Assembly (NCBI GenBank): GCA_036172245.1
Contig: JAYWIR010000059.1
Span: 310,001 to 374,000 of the forward strand
Origin: Raillietiella orientalis
Lineage: Eukaryota
Length of the DNA: 64,000 bases
Reading direction: 5' to 3'
A program made the position numbers and the translations under genes. Below are positions 1 through 14,200 of this stretch, piece after piece (the first letter of the stretch is position 1; every line of letters begins with the position of its first letter). The notes beneath the pieces were generated by a model that saw nothing but the letters and a program-made list of their open reading frames with translations, was not told the DNA's origin and did not search any database.

Positions 1-915
1 ATCAAAGCGATTCATCTTTTGAAGATTCAGGGCAGTCATTTCAGTCACCTACGAGAGCATGGTTTTGGTTATAAAGGGAATCGCATGGAGTAGTGAAGCA
101 ACGGTAAGCGAACCTCATCTTTTCCCTTTCGAAATCGAGGCATCTGCAACATTCACATTTCGAAAAGGGAAAAATCGACCAGATTTTCTCTTCATCAGCA
201 AAATATCTGAACCTAAAAAACAGATGCCAGGGCTAAAAAGACCTCTGGTTTGACAATTTGCCATGCGCAGGTTATATGCCAGACGTGGGTCCTAAGAGTA
301 ACCGAAACAGAAGGCGAAAAGTAGGCCTTTCTCTTTTCCTTAGAGCAAGGAAAGGATGGAGCTTTTTCATAGGCTCCGAAATGAAACAAGGTCTTCCATT
401 GCAATGTGGTGTGCCACAGAGAGCGGCCTCCTGTTTTCAGTTCTCACATCGCCCGTGCTTCCATGAGTGACAGGCTCGTACGAGGAGGCCCTTTCACAGG
501 GAGCTTTCGTGGGTTTTGAGGAAGATAGAAGTCATGAAAGGTGATGGAAGCCTCAAACGGAGAACAAGCGAAGAACGGAGCATTTGGCCGCGGGAATCAG
601 AGCGGGAGGAGACGCGCCTTGGGAGAACTCAAGAAGCGAAACTGATTTCCGTAAGCATGTGCTACCAATGAAAAAATCACCGTAGGGAAGAAGGTTTAGA
701 GGGGGACATCTGCAGGTACATCTGAAGTTTTTCACTCAGAGCTTCAAGGGCAACTGAGCTACCTCTGTACAGAATGAACTAGTGTATCAGGCGCATTATT
801 ATTTCAATGTTTTCCAAGATCTCAACGGAGATCAGCATGTTCCTCGTGTACGGAAGCAGCATTAGGAACCGGTGATTCATGCAAGGATAATGACGGATAA
901 GTTCTGTAAGTTATA

Positions 916-967
916 GCACGCTGATCTCAGGTGAGATTACTCATAATCTCACCTGAGATTAGCATGC
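916..967. repeat. Near-perfect inverted repeat (24-bp stem, 4-nt loop)
   Basis: GCACGCTGATCTCAGGTGAGATTA-ctca-TAATCTCACCTGAGATTAGCATGC: 16 bp perfect core, one G.T pair, one mismatch. Confidence 0.9.
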
Positions 968-1890
968 CATGCCGGATCCTGGACTTTTCTAATCATTCAT
1001 GTCTAGTATACCAGGCAGCGTATCCAGGACGGTAGATCCTTTGATTTCCCCTTCTCCTGTGAAAGGATGGAGACACAGAGACGTCAAAGCGCCGAGAAAC
1101 TTTTTCATCTTCGACTTGGTAGTCGTGTCCCATCAACTGCTTCTAAAAGCACATATCTCTATCTGCTATTCATTTCAATTTATGATTTTTTTCATTATAT
1201 CGAAATTACCGAAACTCACTAGTCGGTTTTATCACCATTTTCATGATGAATTACACGAAGTGAGCTTTGGTGCCTTGAAGTCATGGAAACAGGGTTTGAC
1301 AAACACTAACGGGATTGTGGAATCTGCGGTAACTATAAAGATAACAGAAAGATGATTCTCTGATTGTCAAATGCAAAACAAGCGATGTCTTAGTGATGCA
1401 AGAACAAAAAGACGTTCCATGAATGTCCCTGCGAAATTAATGAACCCGGAGTGAAGATTACCTCACTAGAATCAATGTAAAGAACATGTAAAGTTTTTTC
1501 TTGTGTTTCTTTCTTGATCGACTGTTAATTTCCTTCCGAGTATTTACTTTGAAGTTCTTTCTTAATCGATGCGAAGCACTCACAAGAATTTGGGATCGCA
1601 GTAGGAGTTGAAGAAATCTTAAAGAGCATGGCAGGAAAAGTCAGTCCACTTGTTCTAGGATTAGTCCTCAGGAGTGGAAGATTTAGAACTGATGCCACAG
1701 CACCAATTTGAAAACAGAGGAACAATAAGGCGATCTTTTCGGTTCTCCTCTGAGGAAAAAGATAGGCACTTTTTTTACTGTTCAAGGTTGTAAGATGTGT
1801 TTCTTCACGGAAGCACTCTCCGCTTCCTCGTTGAGCACATGTTCTTTCCACAGACCTCCAATGCTGCTGTTTCCGAGGATTTCGTAGTGC

Positions 1891-1904
1891 TCTTTTCATT
1901 TCAG
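1891..1904 (+). promoter_or_regulatory. Splice acceptor (cis or trans) upstream of the RasGRF start codon
   Basis: tcttttcatttcAG ends 56 nt before ATG 1961 and has the same TTTCAG form as several internal acceptors. Confidence 0.55.
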
Positions 1905-1960
1905 GAGATGCTGACTGCTACTGATAAGAAGTCGCTGACGTCAATTTTTCCTCCTGCAAC

Positions 1961-2248
1961 ATGCTGAGCCCCAAAATGCAAAGGACGATACGCATTAATG
2001 AAAATCAGTTGCTGAAGCTGGCCGAGAAAGCCAGATACGATCACATTCTGGCAGATTACTTGCACAAAAAGAGTTCGGAGAGTGGAAAATGGCAACTGCG
2101 CTGGTTCATCCTGTACCAAAACCTATTGTTTTACTACGACAACGAAAGTTCTCAAAGGCCTTCGGGTGTCATTTTCCTGGAAAGCTGCTACTGCGACAGT
2201 ATAGTGCTGCCTTCTGGGGGAAAGCTGAAAGATGCTTCTGACGAAACG
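1961..2248 (+). CDS. RASGRF: RasGRF coding exon 1 (N-terminal part of PH1 domain)
   Basis: [16 protein letters not shown]...[37 protein letters not shown]...DET. In-frame stop upstream at 1922-1924; donor GTGAGA at 2249; phase 0. The second ATG at 1976 (MQRTIRIN) resembles the vertebrate start MQKxIRLN. Confidence 0.95.
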
Positions 2249-5200
2249 GTGAGACCTCGTGAAATGGGAAAGGAAAGTTGTAATATTCCTGAATTAAAAA
2301 AAAAAGAGAGAGAGAAAACGCTAGCTTGACTTGTTGCATACTCGGAATTCTGCATGATGAGAAAGACGTAAACAAATAGCATAAACAATACGTGATAATT
2401 TCACTATTTCACAACGCTTTCACGAAAACACCAGTCAAGATGCCTTACAAATCGTGCTTTTTAAAGAACTCGACGCGGTGAAAAAGCGGCCAGGCATCTG
2501 TCGAGGAAACCTTTGCTCCTCTGATGACCAGCTTACAGAAGATGCGTCGGTCAGCAGCTAACTCATCTTCGCTCATCAGTGGTCCTGCTAAAAAGAATCG
2601 AAACCATGATCTCAGTGCTTGAAATCTCGCGGTTCTGTTGGAGATTTCTCCAGGCTGCCGACCCAAGGTAGCATTCGATAAGGAGGGCGATTTTAAATGG
2701 ACGCTGACACTGCAGCCCTTCCGACATCTTGACCACACCGGTCAAGGAAACCTTTATAGGAATTCCCTGGTCTCTTTCATTTTTGCTTTCCTTCGAAGAA
2801 GGCGTTCGCCCCCTGCATTTAGACAGAGGAAACGAACGGCTTCTTTTAATGATCCGGCAAATCCTTCGATTTCAATCTTTTTTTTCTTCTAAAGTCTTTG
2901 AGTTTTCTATTTCTCTAACTTTCCTTTCGAGGAATCCGTTAAGTTTCTCGGAGCAATCAACGGAAGATTTTTTTTCTATTTTCCTTTCCTGCTTGGTTCC
3001 AGGACGATCATCTTAGCTGTAAGAAAAACACCACAAGTCAAATGCTCTCAGGTACAAGAATAGAGAACCAAGGAGGCTGGAATGTCAGGTACTCGTTCTT
3101 CCATCAGCCGCTTGCTTGAGACTCCCACGTCCATCAGCGTGCCGAATTCATTTTCCGAGAGAATCAACCTGCCTATAGGTTCCCACGCATCGACCTACTT
3201 TTCCTCATCTATCGCTTTCGCTCCACCAAGGAGATCAGAGGAAGAGATGCAAGCAGTCTACAGGTTCGCAGCGATTGCCCAGGTCTTACTTTGTTGCGAT
3301 TTTGCAGTGGTTTGGACTTCTAGAGAGGAAGAAAAAAAAAAGAAAAAAAGCAGATACACGTGTAGTCGCACTTCACTTTATGAAGAGAGGCTTTATAGAT
3401 AGGTTTCAGTTTATGAAACCTCTCTCTATTTGTCGAGAACCCTCACATCCACAGATAAGCAGGAGTTATTTTTAGAGTTCAGTTTCATTTTGAGGGCTTC
3501 GAAGGTTCGAACGCTTCACCTTTGCTCACGGTTCTTAGGTTACCACAGTTGCGGTTAGGTGGCTTTCTTCCCTCTTCTGATGCAGTGAATTTCCTTCCCG
3601 GTAGAAGAGCAACCCACTGACACTATTGGGAACGCCACTATGGCTTACAAAGGAGGGGAGCATTCTCGATGCCTTATCCGTAACGCAGTGTTCCGTCTTC
3701 AAACAGAGGAGGTTCGACCGGTTTTCTCCCAGATGCAGTGTGGTAGAGCCTACCGTCAGCATCCTGTTCATGGGAGCACCGAGGTTTCCTTCCCACTTTC
3801 TCCGGTCATTTTGTCCCACTTCTGGATGAAGACACCTGAACTGCTCCTCATATCCACTCTCTGGACTTCCAAGAACAACTGCCAACAAGAATCGAGAATT
3901 TTCGAGCGTGTGGGCTCAGGATGATTTCCCCTAATGCGACCTGAACTCGGCGAGCCCCATTTCTCTGATAAGCCTTTTTTGGGTACCGGTGGGACACCCA
4001 GCATGTTCGTAAAATTCAGGAAGATGTTCCATTCAGTGCAAGAAGGACCATTACACCCTCATCTTCACAATTCGTTCATTACGCTCGAAAGATCCGCGGT
4101 CTACAAAGCAGGATATGATCCATCAATATTGCTTTCCCTTGATTGCTTTCGATTTCCACTCCTCCGAAAGGTCACGACCTTGCCCATGTTCCTCTTCTGT
4201 TCCTTTTCTGCTTATTTCTCCACGTGCGCGCACGGTCTGTCAGTCTTGGCCTTCGTGCTACTAGTGTTTGGCGAGCAGGTGGCCGACGGTCCACCCATCA
4301 GCACTTTCTATTGAAACCCACCGATCCCGGATCCACATCTGGAAAGTTCCAGGGCTCGAGAGGTACCGCCGCGGCAGATCAAAACTGTTTTAACGTGGGA
4401 AAAGGGAACTTATTCCTCCAGACCGTACAGAACCGCGAAACATTGCCGCCGTTGTTTCATACCAAGGTCTTTTCCTACTCCTGCTGTTCGGACTGCCAAT
4501 TTCTCACGGGTTGCTCGCTCTTCGACCAATCTAGAGTGCCGTACCAGACCTCGCTATATTCACCGGAGTATGGGCTGAATTCAGCACGCGCGCGCGTTTT
4601 TGTTTTCTTTTTCATCCTTTAAATCGATTATTGTGGATTCCACATAGAGAAAGAACTGCGAAAATAATTGTTTTCGCGACTGTTCTATCAAGAGTTGGGA
4701 GAAAGCAATTACAAATCATGAACAGTTCCAGAAGGATCGCCACTTCGGTGTCGCGTGATGGCAACGGAAGCACTAATTAGATAATGAGACGTGGACATAA
4801 CATATGTGTTCTGAATGGAACAATATAAGATAAAGCTCATAAAAAAGCACCGTTTTGTAAAAATAAATTACGTGTTTAGTTTGAAACTGTTTAGCATTGA
4901 ATTCAGAAAGATGCCGAAGAAAACAGCCTGGTGACCAATCCGCTAAAGATTTAAGAGTAAATAACTTTAAAGTGTTCATTTTGAAATCCATAATGCTATT
5001 GACCTTTTCTAGCATTATTTGGTAGCTCCGACAGATTGGACAGAACGAAAAAGATACTTATATGTAAGACAGCTCGGTGTTTTTATAAATATGTCTACTA
5101 GAACTAATGCTATTAACTGCTGCCAGAGCAGATCTGCAAGAGAAGGAATTTTCGATATCGCCGCCTCACCCGAGTCCATTTTCCTTGACAGCAGGCTATA

Positions 5201-8200
5201 GGGAGAGAAAGCATTTGAGAAACTAACATCTCCAGATGAATCTTCCGAATCCTGCTGGGTACTCCAGCAGATCAGAATCGGCGCTACTTAAGATCTGTCA
5301 CAGGTAGACAAGGTACCAAAAATTCGCATCATCATCGTCTATCCACTCTGAGCAATTAGGAAACTCATTATCCCACGAAGTATTCTGGATTTCGAGCTTC
5401 AAAGGAGCAGTTGAAGCAAGTACAATAAGCATTCGAGGTATACTGTCGCCTCCGATGATGACGAGTTTCTGCTACAATTAGTGATTCCACTTATGAATAA
5501 GCTGTTGCTGCGCTAGGTTAACGTCAGTTACGAATCGTAGGAGATTTCAAACCTATTTGAATTAAGCTGTCCCTTATAAAATTCATGAAGCTTCCGAACG
5601 ACTGTGGAAGCATGCCATTTCTTGTCAGGACAATCGAAGCTGCTTCTGCGTCTTTCCTTCGAATCTTCTGCTGAAGAGCTACTCAAAAATCAAATGGAAA
5701 TTCTGCCCATCCCCGCAGACAGATTTCATTTGATTTTGGAGAGAATTCCGCAAGAAGTTTCGCCAAACTCAGTGGCATGCAAGAACACGAAACGGAACCT
5801 TGATGGCAGATGGTTGTAGAATACTTGATAAAAATTGAATAAATTCAAACCACACACTCCAAAGAAGAAGAAGCAAATTCAGTGAACAAGAATGAATAGC
5901 TAGAGTGTTCATTAGATTTTGGGACTCTTAGAGGAAAACATGAGAAAAAAACCAACATTGGAAGCCGTTTTCATAGTGCCGCGAGCTATTAGTACCATTG
6001 AGCAGAAGGAAGGCGTTCCTTAATTCCATAATCAGATAACAACATCTAGGTAGAGTTTGGAGTTCATTTCCCATGGTGCGAAACCGTGTGTGCATCGGTT
6101 CCATCCCTTTCCTGCATGCACTTTCCTCTTAACGGAGTCATTTCTTTGCGTATCTGTGAATGTATTCCTTCTTTATTCACTTCTGTCATTTGCTTTCACA
6201 CATGGGTGTGCGTATTCCCTTCATTAGCACAAGCCATTATAGTGCGATGTGATTCTATTCTGATTTTTCGCTGCTTAGGAACCAAACTGGACCAGCGTGC
6301 TCTTAACAAAACCACTTGAATTATGAGGAAAGCTCGCTGAAGAGGAATTCTGCATCCCTCAGTGGAATCTGAGTTTGCTTATAATCCTTTAGCACGTTAA
6401 TGATTCGGTCAGGCTTTGCATTTTTCATCCTCCCCATCTTTCGGTCTCACATCAGCACATCGTAATGTCCTTTTCGCCATTGATGGAGTTTTTTTTTGAA
6501 CGTGTCGCGGACGAAACCATTTTCAAAGTTGCAGTCCTTCTGGCATTTGCCAACCTTTTGATTGCTTATGTAGAGGGCCAGGGTGTTTCACAACGGAAAT
6601 TCAGCTTTTTCTGGTTTCCTTACCCAACAGTTTCATTTCTTCGAGGAGAAAGCCCCTGCGATTCACTTCTCCCAGCTTCCGTTCCGATTCGGACAAACAG
6701 CTTCCACGCCAATTCAGGCTTCAGTATGATTTTTATTTTGAAACACTCCTTCAAGATTCCTTTGTCCCTGCTCTGAAACTGCTTTGAAGTCCAGAATCAG
6801 CTAGATTCCTTTGAAGCTAGCGCGGTGCTAACGAAGTGACTGATCTAGATGTATGCAACCCTCAGGCGTGCACATGTTTCAAGATCAGCACTGGATGAAA
6901 GGGTATGTGATTTGGATATGTGATTCTCCGCGTAACACTACGGTGGTTACTTGATAGATCGCGAAGCTGAATCAACCCGAGCCATTAGCTGAAAGAAACA
7001 TTTCTTTATGTTGTCTTCCTCCCGTTTCAGCGCTGCTTTTCAATAAGCTACAGAAGAGAGAACCAGAGGCAATACGAGCTCAAGGCAGAAACGGAAGCCA
7101 CATGCAAGAACTGGATCGAAATGATACGGCAAGCAAGGTAAGGAAGCCTCTCTTTCATCAGAGAGAACTCATCTAAGAAATCAGCTTAGCTAAGAATCAG
7201 TTTCGTAACACAATAATGAGAATGATTTCTTTTGAGACTAAGAAATCGAGAGTCCCTCCAAATCCACTAATCAGAAGAACTTTCGCTTTCAAAGAGTCGG
7301 TAAACTGGATGGCATGCTTGAATTAAGATCCCAGTTGGGAGTATCTTGTAACGAATGTTTCAAGCTGGAAGCATGAAAAGCTCCTATATCTAGGATTTCA
7401 TTTTATCATGCAATCAAGGTGTCCCACTTGAATTATCCAGAACAGCTTTCTCTTTCTCATTTTATACCAGGACTTCAGGATGTTTTTCCTAACCACACTG
7501 ACGAAAATCCACGCTTTTCTGTCACACCTTCAATGAGCGCTACAAGAATATTCTGGGCAATGTGTCTCCATGCTATTCTTAAATGCTAACAAATGCTTTT
7601 CTCAGAGTTTTCGGATCCTTTCTTGGATCTCAACCACTTTCCATCATTCGACTCGTTCGCTGCATGCCTGGAGCTATCCCAGACCTCTCAAGATCTCGCT
7701 CTTTTTCCACCGTATGGAAAACTCTTTCTTTGATTTCTCGGCTTCCAATGCAGCGTGAGAAATAATAAAAATAATAATAATTGATAAAATTCTGAAGCAT
7801 GCGCATTGGGATAGGCAAAGAGTAAACGTACCTTCACGAGGATGGTAAGGACGCTTTTCTTTGGTATGTCGCCTTCAAGCTTTGAAGACCTTTCTATTCA
7901 GCACGGCTAAAGTCTTAGAAGGACGCAGCAGCCGCTGTGACGAAAACCAAGTTGATTTTAAAAGATCATTATCGGTTCTAGGATCCGAAAAAAGAGATCA
8001 AAAACAGATCACGAAAGGCATATGAAAGATTCGCAGATAGATCCACTCTCGGCTTCTGAATTTTTGAGGGGGAAGGAGGTGTGGTCCCCGTCACGGGGGG
8101 GAAACTGCCCACCGCTTGTGCCTAGTGCTATAGAGCACCATTTCCTTCTTCAAGAGCTCCTCTTGCATGCCAGAGGTCTTGAGCTCCTTTGGCAGTATGC

Positions 8201-11200
8201 CATTTCTTGGACCTCAGGCTCTCAGAGATCCCACGACCAGTGCCCGCACCGAAGTACGTACGCCCCTCTAGAAGTGGAGATGCTCTCTTTTTTCGCTGCC
8301 TTGTTTTCTCCAGAGTTGTAAGCAGGAATAAATAACTTGCTCATCATTCTGAAGTATCGATCTCAGGCTGATATTGATAGCTAGAGACCATCATCTCTCG
8401 CTGCTTTTAATTTGATCACTGAATCGCCATATCTCTTGGTATGAGAGAAAAACTTCTTTCGCAGTGGTTGAGGATGTGTGGGTACGATTCTTTCTCACCC
8501 ACACATCTACTACACACAAGGTCTATGTTGCTTCTGGTGGGTGTTCTTTCGTGAGTAGCACGGTCAACAGGATCGCACACACAGATGGGTCATCAACGAA
8601 TCTTAGGTGCCTTTGGTGAGCAGAAAGTACCACGATGTTGGCCTTCCCTCCATTTAAGCCATGCTCTTCCTGCCTTGGACCACGAGCACGCTGGAAGAGG
8701 TAGCTTCCTCTTCGTGCTACGGTTAAACACAATCTCCCTTTGCTCGAGGATCTAGCGCTCCTGAACGCGGATGGATGTCAGAAGACCCGCTGCCCACACC
8801 GTCTTATATAACAGACTTGGCCTGTTGAACTTGCTGGATATTAACCTACCTAGGTCTTGATCTGTAGCTGGATTCTTTCCACCGCAACCGGTAACAGCCT
8901 CTAAGTAGAATGCAAGAGAGTGAAGCTATGACCATACCTCTTTACCTTGAAAAGCACTTCCATAAAATAGAGACCTGTTTCTAAAGAAGCATATTGTTTC
9001 CATAGTTTCTTCAGAAGCTAACATGATGCGAAAGCTGAAAACTGGAAGAAAAGCAAGATGCGGGTTTCAGGTGTCAGAAGCAGAACAGCATTTTGTTCTG
9101 CTTCTGACATTTTCCAAATGAGTATTTTTCCAAATGAGTATGCTTTAAAGGAAACCTAGCTTGGAAACCCACTGGAAGGATGCATTTAGAACTCAAGATG
9201 AAAAACCATGGAATGATCATCATCATATGCGCAGAATGTTCTGAAGATTGAACCATACATCTTGATGATTCATACTCAAGACCTAGGAACTCGTTTGTCA
9301 TTTTGATTCCTTTTTTTTTTTTTTCAACTGCGAATTATTAATCATTAATTATTATAGTTGGTTGACGTTTAGAAAATGAAAAAAACTGACAACTTGGGTA
9401 AAATTGCTTTTCAATTTTCAATTTTAGGAAAATGCACAGATATTGGTTCTTTATAATGGGAAGTTTCTGAATGAGACGTTTCTGCAATCATCCTGAAGCA
9501 TCGGTCCAGTTTACTCTTTTATTAAAATACTCGAGTTTCCAAAAAGATCTGCGTCCTTAATTCAAATGCTCTCTTTCCTGAGTATCAACTTTAAAATGGA
9601 GATGGCCAGAAGTTTGAGATTGTAATGGTATGATTCCAGATTTTCCTGGAAGCCATACCATCACGATCTAAAACAAAATGGCTTATTTTCAAAAAACACT
9701 GATCTAAATCAGATACATCAACATTCTAAGAGTTTAAGCATACATAGAATCTCAATTCATCATCTGAATCGATACTGGATGCATCTTTGCATACATTGGA
9801 ATGTTCTTTAGCTGCGAATGAGGATCTAGTCACTGCGTTCAATTTTTTGTTGAATGCAAAGAAGGGCATTCATTTTTTAATCCTTATATTTGGAAAAACT
9901 GCTTTCACGGCTATGCAAGGCTCAAGGTACCAAGAGGACCAAATTAAATAAATGGTTCCAGTCAGCGCGCGTAATTGCTAAACAAGAAAACCAATATAAT
10001 AGTGCTAGTGAGAAGCTGCACGTCCATTTGACCGCAAAGATGGGATCGTAACTGCTCCGAAAGATGCGAGAGAACTCGTTTGCAAAAATGGAGCAGTTTA
10101 AAAGAGTCAGTCCTCCATCAAAAGGCAAAGCAGTTTGGTTCTCACTTGATTGACTGCAGTTCTGGTTTTACTCAAGTGGATCGGGAGGCAAATTTCGGCA
10201 ACCTTTTGAGTGGGTTACTCTATTGGAATGCTTTGCTGCCAATAATCATTAAAAAGGATTTTGCAGTTTTGTACATTCTGCTAGCCATTCTGATCTTCCC
10301 GATTTCTTGAAAACTGCTGTTATATACTGTTCAACTCGATACCTTCTCGCAGATCTTTGAGGACCAAGAGTTCTGCTAACATCCGGAACCATAACTGCAT
10401 TTCGGCGTTAAAGTGGACATTTTTTTTCTCCCTCTTTGTGAAACTTGGACTTTTCCATAAAAACGAGAAAACTCAACTGTCAAGAAGTTCGACCGATGTG
10501 ATTCATTTTGCATAGATGTTTCAGTCACTTAGTTCCAAAAGTCTTGTTCATTTCCAACACTTTTTGCACAGTGTCTTCAGAAACCACTGAAGAGTGTTGC
10601 CTGATTCCTCGCTTGTTATTTACCCGTACTGTGACAAATCCATTTATAGGGAAAGAATTCGTAGTATTATAATTTGTAACAGACTCGCTCTCAATAAAAC
10701 TGGATATTCCAGAGAATCTGTCCTGAGTTCTGAGAATAATTGGGTATAGCTGAAGTCTTATCTTAAACGGAAATGGCCGCGAGAGAAATAAGAAAGATAA
10801 AAACAGCATCAAAGGACAAGGATCTGTTTGATGATCCAAAAACCATAAAAAAATGAAAGTTATACAAATTAAGAGGTGGGATATTCGTTAGAGCTGAGGT
10901 TTCTTGTCTCGTGGGAGGGAAATGTCTAGAGTTTCACAGGAATGGAGCGAAGAAACAAAAGCAAAAATGGAGAATGGAAGTGGCATGAAAGGATGAGAGT
11001 GGTTTTATAAGCCTTTAACAGTTTTGACAACCTTTATTGATTAGGAGGAGGTGGGTCCGATGGACTTGCAGATCGTCTGTTTTCTGCGATGTAACTACAA
11101 AATTTAAGGAAAAAGAAAACCTGAAAAGATAACATGCATACCTATTCGGAAAAACAGTAACAACGGAGAAAGTATGGATGTCTTTAAGCATCCCTTGACT

Positions 11201-14200
11201 GCGATATTATAATGAGGTCCCAAACTTTGTCATTCGAGGCATCAGGAAACAAGAGAATTTTGAAAAATAGCGACACGAAACACACCCTCTAACTAGAAGT
11301 TCCAGTTGATCTGGACAGTCTTCATTCTGAGAATGCCAAGGCACTTTCTTCAGTTCTTTAACGATCACAATCAAACCCAGGTGTTTCGTTTTCATTTTGA
11401 CAATCAAGATCCTTTAAAAAAGTAGAAAAGCCTCAGAACTGGTCAGCTATGAATGATCTAGGTGCCCCTCCAGCCTCCAGCCAGAAGATGCAATTTGGCG
11501 TTTTCATCAGCAGTGTTCAAGGATTGTTGAGTCATGGCTACGACGGAGGAAAACTGCAACTTTAACACGTAGCAAATCTTCTGAGAAAGCCGGTCATTAG
11601 AAATAGACTGGGACACAAACGAAAAGTTCCCTTAGGTGGAAGCGCCAAGAACATGCAATCTGAACCCTCAAAAAAAGGAAATCAGACAAGAAAGAGCATT
11701 CCTCTCACTTTGCACTTTAAGCAGAGTTCTGCAAACAAAGATGTGGCTCCACAAGAGTTGAGTCTGTGAACTGTATGAAAAAGCTAGAAACACTCCAAAG
11801 TTGTTGGAGCTCTGTCAACTGTCTTTTTTGCTTCCTTCCAGCCATTTGTTTTGATTCTTTCCGAGGTTTCCATGGTATACGACTTGCGCCGCTGAGATCT
11901 TCATAAGACTGAGAGTGTGTCAATGCATGAAAACTGAAAATTAATTCGTCTCTAAATTTACTACATCTCCGAGAAGATTAATTTTTGCTTTTCATCATCC
12001 GATTTCTTTCGAAGAAGATGAGATTTTGCATGCGGTTGATGTTATTGAATAGGCATGACCTTCAATGCAAACGTGTCTCATGCCATTGCATTTTGATGTG
12101 TAATATCACAAGTGACAGAAATTCAATGAATTCGAGGCCTATAGATGCTTAAGCATTGAAGAAGTTTGAGCTCATGACGTTTCCAGTTCATTCAGTAGAG
12201 ACAGGAAAATGTGAAACACATCTTCATCTTTTATCTGTTCTTTAAGAGCACGATGGAGCTGCCATTCTCAATACGTTCTTGACATTTTGCACCCACAATC
12301 TCATTGTATTATTTTCAGTGAAAATTATGCATCCATGGAATGTATGGTATTTCCTCGAAAAAAATGCCGCCAAGCAATGTTTTATTGGAAATATCAGAAG
12401 TATCTGAAGTAATGAAACTTCCCAAGTTCTTGCACGTACTACGCCATTGTGAATGAAAGTCTCTCCCCATAGCAACAATATTACATTCAGTGTTTTAGAA
12501 TTTATGTGCAATGCTGCTACTGTGCTATGCTTTCTGTATAAGAAAAGAATGAATGTGCAGGTAAATTCAATAATCAAAGGGTTCATGTTAGCAAACACTA
12601 GATATAATATTTACATTTTGCAATGGAAATAAACGAGATGTATCTCAGGCATCCGTCTATTTTTCGTGTTTTTTTGCCAAGTGACGTTAACTTCCGCTTC
12701 CAAAGTTCGAGAATATCTGAATTTCAGATGCTCTCAGCCTGTGGCACAATTGCTGACTCGAAAATGAATTAATATTTATGATAATCTGCTACGAAAGAAT
12801 GCGAATACGAATACCGATTGCAGCCATTTGTTTGACGAATTCGTTTGTCCACCGATCTTCACCACAAAAGTGGGAGAATTACACAGCTGTGAGCTTTCTC
12901 TTCGGATGGCTAACTCTGGAGAGTCCATTCTGATCAGCAGAAAGTGTTCAGCGGAGAGGAGTCTGTTGCGAAACTACCTTGTTTTTGAAAACATTGATTT
13001 CTAAAAGACTGCCACCAAATACAAATGCAAACCTGCGGGAGGGGGGATCAAAAAACCTTGTAAGCAAGGAAGAAATTAGTCCAAACTCTTTCACATTCCA
13101 GTCCTTCATTCATTCTGGATGGAGGATCAAAAAGCATCGTTAAGGCGAAATCATGATAATCCGGAAATTAATTGTGAACTGGGAAGTAATGATACGTTTC
13201 TGGTTTCCCTTGAGCTCAAATCCAGATTGGCACTCAACTAAAATCCTTCTTGGATTGCGGCGATGACAGTGCTATTGTATTAGGATTCTTTTTCTGAATC
13301 TCAATCATAATGTTTACCGTAGCGCTCAGCTTTTTTTTTGGTCCTTCAAAGAAGAAACGGAATTGCCTGGACAGATTTTATTGAATACCTCACAGGAAGA
13401 AATCTCACAGGAGTGAATCGCACAGAATCGTCATGGTCGTAACTAATGTGCCCTCCTGCAGTTTATTTATTAGAAAGGGCATAATCAAGGAAAACTATCT
13501 GAAGCAAGTTCAGTTTTCAATTCTCAGTAGCAGTTAGAGCAAATTATAGAGGGACTGTAGCTGGAAGCTCAGAATATGCCAGTTTGGCTCCCTCACAACT
13601 ATTGCTACCGGGTTCTTGTCTTGTCAAGAAGGTACGAATCATTTCTGATGCCTTCATATATACTTAAGATTTTCTTTCGTGTGTGTATTTTTCACGCAGT
13701 AGGGCCCACTGAGGGAAGCTGTAGTTCCATCGCTCAAACAAGAGTTCTATTTCTTTCAATGCTATTCCCATGCTAATTTTAGATTCCTCTTCTTTAAGCA
13801 GCATTTTCAATCATAGACGGACCGTTCGGATGCTGCTGTGGTTACAATGCTGCAACTGTTTGGTCTGGGCATACGGAAGCCAACATGGCTATTTTGACAG
13901 CATAAACGATAATAACAACAAAAATGTGGGGCATGCATGAGGTCGATTTCGACTTGTGGAGTTCCCATGCAAGAACTCCAATTTTCAAAGCAACTCTTCA
14001 AACTAAGGAGTGAACCGGCGGAGTGGCTGAATGCTGTTTCTCATTTCAAATCTTTCGAGTCCAGCTAACAGTCGGTCAATGAGCTCATCCGGTTTGCTTC
14101 CGCGTTCAGCTTTTTGGTCCTCTCATTCAAGACTGCAATGTCAGCGAAATCGTCTCCAAGCTAACGGCCCGGTTGATTCTTCTAAACTCATTCCATGAGT

